From assembly GCA_964492745.1 (NCBI GenBank), contig CAZBLT010000007.1, positions 20,660 to 84,659 of the forward strand: DNA of 64,000 nt, written 5' to 3'. Shown piece after piece: positions 57,731 to 64,000 of the stretch. A program made the translations under genes and the position numbers. The notes under the pieces were generated by a model, which was not told where the DNA came from, ran no database searches, and was given only the letters and a program-made list of their open reading frames with translations. Source of the stretch: an uncultured Anaerolineaceae bacterium. Its GTDB lineage: Bacteria; Chloroflexota; Anaerolineae; Anaerolineales; E44-bin32. Each line of letters opens with the position of its first letter. Position 1 is the stretch's first letter.

Positions 57731-58390
57731 ATGGCAAAGCGAAATCTTACGGACCGGCAGCGTCGTATGCTGGATTACATCCGGCGATTCACGCTCGAGA
57801 ACGGCTACCCTCCCTCCATCCGGCAAATTGGGAAGGCGGTGGGGATTTCTTCCACTTCGGTGGTGAACTACAACCTGAACCGGCTAGTGGAGGAAGGCTA
57901 CTTGGATCGGGACCAGAATGTCTCCCGCGGCCTGCGGCTCACAAACAAATTGCTGAAGGCCACCGGCACCTTGGGGGATATCGTGCGTGTCCCTAAGATC
58001 GGGCGCATCTTCGCCAGCGAGCCCGTCCCATTGCCGAGCACGGACGCGCCGATGTTTGGCGCCGATGAGGCCATCGAGATCACGCGCGACCTGGTGAGTT
58101 CCACCGAAGATCTCTACGCCCTGGAGGTCAAGGGCGATTCAATGATCGACGCCATGGTCAATGAGGGCGACATCGTCATCATGCGCCGGGTACCCGAGTG
58201 GCGCAATGGCGACATGGTGGCGGTTTGGCTGAAGGATCGCGAGGAGACCACCCTGAAGTACATCTACCGGGAAGGGAATCGCGTGCGCCTGCAACCCGCG
58301 AACCCCACCATGCAGCCAATCTTCATCGATAACCCCGAGACCCTGGAGGTGCAGGGCAAAGTGATGCTGGTCGTCCGCCAGCTCGATTAA
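57731..58390 (+). CDS. lexA: SOS transcriptional repressor LexA
   Basis: LTDRQ...GYPPSIRQI winged HTH; catalytic GDSM Ser and TLK Lys. AGGAGG precedes ATG 57731. Confidence 0.97.
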   Translation: MAKRNLTDRQRRMLDYIRRFTLENGYPPSIRQIGKAVGISSTSVVNYNLNRLVEEGYLDRDQNVSRGLRLTNKLLKATGTLGDIVRVPKIGRIFASEPVPLPSTDAPMFGADEAIEITRDLVSSTEDLYALEVKGDSMIDAMVNEGDIVIMRRVPEWRNGDMVAVWLKDREETTLKYIYREGNRVRLQPANPTMQPIFIDNPETLEVQGKVMLVVRQLD

Positions 58391-58423
58391 GCCAACCTCT
58401 CTCAATCTTATGTCCTGGACACC

Positions 58424-58456
58424 AGCCCCGGCTTAGATTCGGCAGGCCGGGGCTTT
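58424..58456 (+). terminator. Hairpin terminator after lexA
   Basis: AGCCCCGGC / GCCGGGGCT followed by TT. Confidence 0.6.
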
Positions 58457-58469
58457 GCAATGGTCAAGC

Positions 58470-59252
58470 TCAATCGAGGAGGGCGGCAGGGATCGGTTGA
58501 TGGGAGGCGAGGAGTAGAAACAGTGGGGACTCGGGGCCAATGGGATCCAAATCGTAGGAGCCAAGGACTTGTGACGCTCCAAAACCCGCCTGGTGGCAAA
58601 GTCGTCGAAGCTCATCGGGCGTACGGAGCCAGTAGCGATGGGCGAGGACGAAGCGGTGCACCTCTCCCGTCGGCGTGAGTTCGTCATAGAACCACTCCAC
58701 ATCTAGGCGACGGTCATCGGGGGTTCGCTCGGTTCGGGCAGAAACCTGGACGGGATAACCCGTCTTGGGATCAAAGAAGATCTCGAGTGGCTCTCCCTCC
58801 TCTTCGGGGTCGGCGAGAAAGGAGGGTGAGGGAAACTCGGCTGCGAATAAGCCATCGGTGCTCAGATTGCCAGCGGCCCGGGTGAGGCATCCGATAAGTT
58901 GCTGATCGTCCGTATGGGCGAGCACGTTAAGCGGCGCGAGGATGAGCCGGAAGTTTGCCCGGAGCGGCAAGGCGCGAATATCTGCCTGCAGGAGCAACAA
59001 CGCATCAGTGAGAGCCTGATCGGCCGCACGTTGTTTCAGCCGTCTAAGCAAGGCCTCTTCACGATCAATCCCCAGAATGCGACAACCTTTTCTCAGGAGA
59101 GGAAGGAGGACTCGCCCGGTGCCGCAACCCAGCTCGAGCATGGGCCCGGGCAGCGCATGCGCTATGCCCGTCCAAAGCGGCAAATCCTCGCCGAAATCGG
59201 CGAACTGGGCCTCCAGCCAGCGGGCCAGGCGTTCACCCTCCAATGCTCTCAC
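58470..59252 (-). CDS. Class I SAM-dependent methyltransferase
   Basis: MLELGCGTGRV, GID, QADIR. Confidence 0.88.
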   Translation of the reverse strand: MRALEGERLARWLEAQFADFGEDLPLWTGIAHALPGPMLELGCGTGRVLLPLLRKGCRILGIDREEALLRRLKQRAADQALTDALLLLQADIRALPLRANFRLILAPLNVLAHTDDQQLIGCLTRAAGNLSTDGLFAAEFPSPSFLADPEEEGEPLEIFFDPKTGYPVQVSARTERTPDDRRLDVEWFYDELTPTGEVHRFVLAHRYWLRTPDELRRLCHQAGFGASQVLGSYDLDPIGPESPLFLLLASHQPIPAALLD

Positions 59253-60022
59253 TTCGATTTGCCCTTCGCCTGCATGAAGCGTTGCGAGGCCTCCAGGTGG
59301 GCGGTCGCGGCCCAGAGCAGCGGGAAAAGACGACGTTCGAGGCGGGCAGCCTCCGAGAGCGAACGCTCACGCGCGGTGCGCAGGATGCGCTTGATGGCTA
59401 TCACGGCTGCGCGGTCGTGGGCAGCGATTTCCGCCGCGAGTTGGAGGGCGGTTTTCAGCGCCTCTCCCGGATCCGCCCGATGGTCCACTAGCCCAAGCTG
59501 GTAGGCCTCTTCGCCACTCAGCGTCCGGCCCGTGAGTTGCCACTCGAGGGCGCGGGCGTATCCGACCGCCTCCAAGAGTCGGGCCGAGCCACCCCAGGCG
59601 GGGCAGATCCCTAGCCGGATGTGCGCCCATCCGATCCTGGCATCGGCCGCGGCGATTCGCAAATCACAGGCTATAGCAATCTCCGCTCCACCCCCAATGG
59701 CGGCGCCTTCGATGGCAGCCATGGTGGGGATCGGAAGGGCGTCTAGGCGATTGAGGGCCTCGCCCATCAGCCTGGCCAGCCGTTCACCATCCTGGCGGGA
59801 GGGATACTCATGCAATTCGACCAGGTCGCCTCCGGCGCAAAATGCCCGCACATCGCCTGTGAGGATCAGGACGCGGAGCCCGGGCGAGGCGTGGGCCTTC
59901 TCGATGGCCTCGGCGAAGGCATGCATGGCCTCCCAATCCAGGGCGTTGCGGACATGAGGTCGTTGGATGGTGAGCAGGCCGATCCCTGGCTCCGCCGTAT
60001 CGAAACGGATGCTATTCGCCAT
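59249..60022 (-). CDS. Enoyl-CoA hydratase/isomerase family protein
   Basis: RNAL, AFCAGGDL, AIGGGAEIAIACDLRIA, PAWGG. Confidence 0.92.
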   Translation of the reverse strand: MANSIRFDTAEPGIGLLTIQRPHVRNALDWEAMHAFAEAIEKAHASPGLRVLILTGDVRAFCAGGDLVELHEYPSRQDGERLARLMGEALNRLDALPIPTMAAIEGAAIGGGAEIAIACDLRIAAADARIGWAHIRLGICPAWGGSARLLEAVGYARALEWQLTGRTLSGEEAYQLGLVDHRADPGEALKTALQLAAEIAAHDRAAVIAIKRILRTARERSLSEAARLERRLFPLLWAATAHLEASQRFMQAKGKSK

Positions 60023-60071
60023 AGGCACTCTCCTTGACCTGCGCTGGAGCGAGATTTATACTCACCGCCGC

Positions 60072-60144
60072 CGGGGTGTAGCGCAGATGGAAGCGCGCCG
60101 CGTTTGGGACGCGGAGGTCGGCGGTTCAAGTCCGCCCACCCCGA
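60072..60144 (+). tRNA. tRNA-Pro(TGG), CCA not encoded
   Basis: Acceptor stem CGGGGTG/CACCCCG, anticodon arm CCGCG-TTTGGGA-CGCGG, T-loop TTCAAGT. Confidence 0.96.
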
Positions 60145-60180
60145 CTGCCCTTTATAACCCCATGGCAGAAGGAGGTTTCG

Positions 60181-60507
60181 GTGCGCGGAAAGAAACTCTC
60201 CAAGGAATCCCGCAAATGGGATGCAGTCCTCATCGCAACCCGCTATGGAGCGGATGGCCGCCTGAGCCTGGCTCAAGGCTACTTTCGCCGAGGGGAGGTC
60301 TGGGGTGACAAGCAATTGCTCGATCGAGAGGCGCTGATCGAGGCCCTCAAGCAGGGGCGGCGCATCGCCGCGGGGGCTCCCACGGACATCCCGGGCGAAT
60401 TCGACATCGATGTGCCGGTGCATTTGGAAGAGGGCTCTGACGGAGAGTTCCTGGTTGCGGACGGGGCGGCCGGGAGCCGGGACGCCCTCAAGCTTCCTCA
60501 ATTCTAG
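60181..60507 (+). CDS. Small hypothetical protein (DUF3892-like)
   Basis: AGGAGG Shine-Dalgarno before GTG; REALIEALKQG and C-terminal D.L.LP.F resemble DUF3892. Confidence 0.6.
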   Translation: MRGKKLSKESRKWDAVLIATRYGADGRLSLAQGYFRRGEVWGDKQLLDREALIEALKQGRRIAAGAPTDIPGEFDIDVPVHLEEGSDGEFLVADGAAGSRDALKLPQF

Positions 60508-60597
60508 GCGGCAGCCTGCGCGATCGGCCCCATCTGAGTGTGCCTGTCGGGGGATGACTTGACCCCCTGAAATCCGGGGGATAGAATGCACCCGCAA

Positions 60598-60669
60598 GCG
60601 GGCGTCGCCAAGAGGTAAGGCATCAGCCTTCCAAGCTGACATTCGCCGGTTCGAATCCGGTCGCCCGCT
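60598..60669 (+). tRNA. tRNA-Gly(TCC), CCA not encoded
   Basis: Acceptor stem GCGGGCG/CGCCCGC, anticodon arm TCAGC-CTTCCAA-GCTGA, T-loop TTCGAAT. Confidence 0.96.
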
Positions 60670-60675
60670 CTAGAG

Positions 60676-60705
60676 AGCCGCCAGGCAGGCGGCTGTTTTC
60701 TTTTC
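60676..60705 (+). terminator. Intrinsic terminator after tRNA-Gly
   Basis: AGCCGCC/GGCGGCT stem followed by GTTTTCTTTT. Confidence 0.8.
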
Positions 60706-60876
60706 TGACAACGCAGAAGGGCCGGGCCATGATGAGGCATGGGACAGCGCCATGCAGGCGTTGCTGGAGGCGCACTTGTGCTGGGTGTCACGTGCATGGA
60801 TACTTCGCCGTTGTGTCTATAAAGGCCAAGGCCTTCGCCTTGGATGGCAACATTGCAGCCCAGAAAGGAGATCAAC

Positions 60877-62718
60877 ATGAGCCGCCATCGCATCCCGCTC
60901 GCTATTGCTGCCCTGCTCTTCACCACGATCATCGCAGCCTGCAACCTGCCCACGGGCACGCCAGCCTGTGCCCCGGAGGATTTGGTTGCCCCAGAACTAG
61001 TTTCACCTGCGCCCTACAGCGTGATCAGCTGGACGCCCATGACGGGCCCGCTCCCGCCAAACATCCTGGAGTGGTCGTATCCAGATGATTGTCAGCCGGA
61101 TCAATTTACGATCGAGATCTCCGAACGTCGCGATTTCGCGAATCGCCGCTCGGGCTCTGCGGACGGCGACAAGACCGGTTGGCCCGATCCCGACGCGGCC
61201 TTCCCGCAGATGGGGCTGAGACCGGCGACCGAATATTTCTGGCGCGTGCGCGCCCAGGTGGGTGAGACACTCGGACCCTGGTCGACCATGCGGGTCTTCT
61301 TCACCGGCCAAGAGTGCACATCGGCTTCGGAGCTGCCTGTGCCCGACTTGATTGAGCCAGATGACGGCGAGGTCCTGGAATCAGTGCTGGCCGAGTTGTT
61401 CTTCCAAGTCCCGGATGGGGGCTGTCTTCCGCAGGGCTATTTCGCCGATCTGCAGACAGATCCCGACTTCGAGGGGGAATCACTCATAGGCGAGCTCGGC
61501 GTTCCAGCAAACTCCGCCTTAACTGGAGAACTGGAAGACTGCACCAGCTACTACTGGCGCATCGCCGCGGTTTTCGATGGTGAGCGGGGGCCATTCTCAG
61601 AAATCCGTTCCTTTCAGACCCGCGCGAGCGAGACGTGCCCTGACGCGGCATTGACGCGCCCTACGCCCCCGCCTCTTGTGCGTTTCTGTGCGCCGGAGGA
61701 CCTGATCGCGCCTGAACTGGTGGCGCCCGGCAATCATGCGTATGTGGGCGAGGAACCGCTCGATTCCAGCTACCCCGGCATGCTGCAATGGACCTACACC
61801 GGTACCTGCCTGCCCGAGGGATATCGGGTTGAGTTGTCGAAGGATATCGACTTTGCGCAAAGCTGGGCGGCCGAGACAAGCGGCGGCGAGACCTCCTGGC
61901 CTCCCGATTTACCGATTCAGTCGCTGGATCCAGGGAGCGAATACTGGTGGCGGGTGGCGGCCAAGTCCGGGGGCGAGATCGGGCCCTACTCATCGCCGCG
62001 TGCCTTTTTCACCGCGCCGTGGTGCGCTGCCGCGAGCGAGATGGTGGCGCCGCAGCTCGTAAGCCCGGAGGATGGCGCCACGCTGAACTCCTTGATGGCC
62101 ACACTCCACTACCTGCCGGGCGAGCCGGCCTGCCTACCGGACGGGTACTACATCGATCTGCAGACCGATCCGTCCTTCTCAGGCACGACTGACTATGGGC
62201 TTTACGAGCTTCCAGGGACGACCCTGATCACGGACCCGCTGGAAGATTGCACCTCCTACTTCTGGCGGGTGGCGCCGTACGTCAATGGGGAGCAAGGTCC
62301 CTTCTCGGAACCGCGCTGGTTCTTCATCAATGAGACCGGCGCCTGCCTGCGCCCGATACCCTGGGCACTGGGGTTGCAGGATCTGAACTGCCGCTTCGGG
62401 CCGGGCACGGCCTATGAGGTGATCGGCTTCCTGCTGGAGGGCCAGGCGTCGCAAGTGGTGGCCCGTAATCGCGAGAGCACCTGGCTGGTGATCGAGAACC
62501 CGATCCGCGGGGGAACCTGCTGGGTTGCGCGGTCGCTGGTACGGACGTTCGGGGATCCTGATGCGCTCGAGGTGTGGACCCCACCCCCCTTGCCCACGCC
62601 CACGCCGACGGCGGTACCGCTGGTATGCACCGAGAGCTTGACGCAGTCGCAGTGCGAGGCTGCCGGAGGGACATGGGTCCCCCTGGTTTCTAGACCGCCG
62701 TATTGTTCCTGCCCCTAG
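60877..62718 (+). CDS. Cys-rich lipoprotein with four Fn3/Ig-like repeats and SH3-like domain
   Basis: Lipobox IAAC; four P.L..P...Y(F/Y/W)WR(V/I).A...GP.S units; LNCRFGPGTAYEVIG SH3b-like domain. AAGGAG precedes ATG 60877. Confidence 0.8.
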   Translation: MSRHRIPLAIAALLFTTIIAACNLPTGTPACAPEDLVAPELVSPAPYSVISWTPMTGPLPPNILEWSYPDDCQPDQFTIEISERRDFANRRSGSADGDKTGWPDPDAAFPQMGLRPATEYFWRVRAQVGETLGPWSTMRVFFTGQECTSASELPVPDLIEPDDGEVLESVLAELFFQVPDGGCLPQGYFADLQTDPDFEGESLIGELGVPANSALTGELEDCTSYYWRIAAVFDGERGPFSEIRSFQTRASETCPDAALTRPTPPPLVRFCAPEDLIAPELVAPGNHAYVGEEPLDSSYPGMLQWTYTGTCLPEGYRVELSKDIDFAQSWAAETSGGETSWPPDLPIQSLDPGSEYWWRVAAKSGGEIGPYSSPRAFFTAPWCAAASEMVAPQLVSPEDGATLNSLMATLHYLPGEPACLPDGYYIDLQTDPSFSGTTDYGLYELPGTTLITDPLEDCTSYFWRVAPYVNGEQGPFSEPRWFFINETGACLRPIPWALGLQDLNCRFGPGTAYEVIGFLLEGQASQVVARNRESTWLVIENPIRGGTCWVARSLVRTFGDPDALEVWTPPPLPTPTPTAVPLVCTESLTQSQCEAAGGTWVPLVSRPPYCSCP

Positions 62719-62729
62719 CGGCGGTGCGG

Positions 62730-62758
62730 GTAGGGGCAGGCCTCGCGCCGGCCCCTAC
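62730..62758. repeat. GTAG-type REP-like palindrome
   Basis: GTAGGGGC-aggcctcgcgccg-GCCCCTAC just after the stop codon. Confidence 0.55.
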
Positions 62759-62791
62759 CATGCCCCTTGGCTCTCTGCTACAATCGAAGCG

Positions 62792-62864
62792 GGGCCCGTA
62801 GCTCAGTGGTTAGAGCGGCCGGCTCATAACCGGTTGGTCGCAGGTTCGAATCCTGCCGGGCCCA
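62792..62864 (+). tRNA. tRNA with CAT anticodon, probably tRNA-Ile2 (lysidine-modified)
   Basis: Acceptor stem GGGCCCG/CGGGCCC, TAGCTCAGTGGTTAGAGC D-arm, CTCATAA loop. No C1-A72 mismatch or triple G-C anticodon stem of fMet; body resembles Ile2. TGcTACAAT promoter just upstream. Confidence 0.88.
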
Positions 62865-63043
62865 CTTTGGGGTGAACGGTTGCCAGCAAGGGTGCCTGGA
62901 TGTGCAGGCACCCGGTTGTTTTCACGTGCCGATTGCCGCGGCGCTCATCACCGCCCCGACAATTGTGAGCGGCTTCGAGGAGGCTGCTTGTCGCTGACGT
63001 TGGCACCATGTAGAATGGGTGCCTTGATACGAGGGCTATCTGT

Positions 63044-63943
63044 ATGGATTTTCTCCGCCGCTGGCTCACGGATGAGTCGGGGCTGCCGCCAGATCAAGCC
63101 TCAACCGCACCGCTCGACCCGCATCGCGTTCCTGAGGCCCTGCCGGAAGGCCCGCGCGGGCACCTGCAGTTTGGGGCCGACTGGATCCAAGGCACCGAAC
63201 GCGAAAAGAACGACGACGCCTATTTGATCCTCTCGGGCCGGGCGGATGGCAACGATGGCCTCCCCGATTTCGGTTTGTTTGGAATCTCTGATGGCGTGGG
63301 AGGCGCAGAGGGCGGCGCACGGGCAAGCAGCGTTTGCCTGAAGAGCCTGGCGCGCAGCCTCACCCAGGGCGCGATACTGGACATTCTCAGCGTCGAGAAC
63401 CCCAGCCTGCCGACCTCGCTGGAGGAGCTCGTTCGCCTGGCTGTTCAGCAAGCCAATCGGGACGTGCGCGCACGGGTCGAAGATGGCGCCGCAACGCTCA
63501 CGGTCGCCCTGGTGGCCGGGCCTCAGGTGGTGCTCGGGCACGTTGGGGATTCGCGGGCATACCTGATCGGCGAGGGCGAGATTACACAACTCACGCGTGA
63601 TCACTCCCTGGTGCAGGAGCTAGTCGATACCGGCGCTATAACCGAAGAGGAAGCGCTCGAGCATCCTCAGCGAAACGTGCTTTGGAACACGATCGGAAAG
63701 GCCATCGATGTGAAGGTGGATGTGGCGACGCTGACGGTGCCCCCAGATTCTGTCTTGCTGCTGTGCACGGATGGCGTTTGGGGAGTGATCCCGGAATCGG
63801 AGATCTTGGCTGTCTACCGGGCGAACCCCTCGCCGCAGGCCTTCTGCGAAGCCCTGATCGATAAGGTCAGGGAGGCCTCAGGGCCGGATAACGCCAGCGC
63901 GGTGGCGGTGGGCTTTCCCCCGCCGGCCGAGAGCCTGGCGTAG
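63044..63943 (+). CDS. PP2C-family Ser/Thr protein phosphatase (soluble)
   Basis: REKNDD, ISDGVGG, HVGDSRAY, TRDHS, LLCTDG, GPDNAS. Confidence 0.93.
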   Translation: MDFLRRWLTDESGLPPDQASTAPLDPHRVPEALPEGPRGHLQFGADWIQGTEREKNDDAYLILSGRADGNDGLPDFGLFGISDGVGGAEGGARASSVCLKSLARSLTQGAILDILSVENPSLPTSLEELVRLAVQQANRDVRARVEDGAATLTVALVAGPQVVLGHVGDSRAYLIGEGEITQLTRDHSLVQELVDTGAITEEEALEHPQRNVLWNTIGKAIDVKVDVATLTVPPDSVLLLCTDGVWGVIPESEILAVYRANPSPQAFCEALIDKVREASGPDNASAVAVGFPPPAESLA

Positions 63944-64000
63944 CTTCTCTGCTCCCGCAACGATCCCAGAAAAGATGGACCGCCGGATGTGGGGGGACCA

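Noticed and set aside
60072-62864. tRNA cluster as an integration site of a prophage or island
   Set aside because: No integrase and no duplicated tRNA 3' end seen; no obvious compositional shift.
62792-62864. tRNA-Met or tRNA-fMet assignment for the CAT tRNA
   Set aside because: Paired 1-72 position and no triple G-C anticodon stem exclude fMet. The body resembles Ile2, although elongator Met is not formally excluded.
1-64000. CRISPR array, IS element or defence island
   Set aside because: No regularly spaced direct repeats, transposase, cas, restriction-modification or toxin-antitoxin genes recognised.

Overview
GC-rich bacterial chromosome segment, most likely Chloroflexota (Anaerolineae-like). 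This is inferred from the FxETGH-type secreted protein, acidic PxWL-repeat protein, Pro/Thr linkers, GAAC-N4-GTTC LexA boxes and CoaE-GNAT fusion. It holds about 53 mostly housekeeping, transport and signalling CDSs (uvrC, rarA, slyD, maf, PBP, rsgA, coaE, guaA, xpt, lexA, ferritin, ABC and MFS transporters, PP2C/FHA proteins) and three tRNAs (Pro-TGG, Gly-TCC, Ile2-CAT). I saw no integrase, transposase or CRISPR array. The most interesting signals are: (i) an unassigned, promoter-preceded, highly structured ~270-nt RNA candidate at 28.9-29.2 kb; (ii) a translationally coupled operon of unknown function built around an orphan GlmL/MutL-like ASKHA ATPase and several membrane proteins (5.9-13.3 kb); (iii) an LPXTG protein gene whose 5' and 3' UTRs are complementary and could occlude its own ribosome-binding site; (iv) a secreted-protein gene whose signal peptide seems to need a non-AUG start or a +1 frameshift; (v) a LexA with Ala-Ser at the usual Ala-Gly cleavage site. 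All family assignments come from motif recognition by eye, with no database searches.
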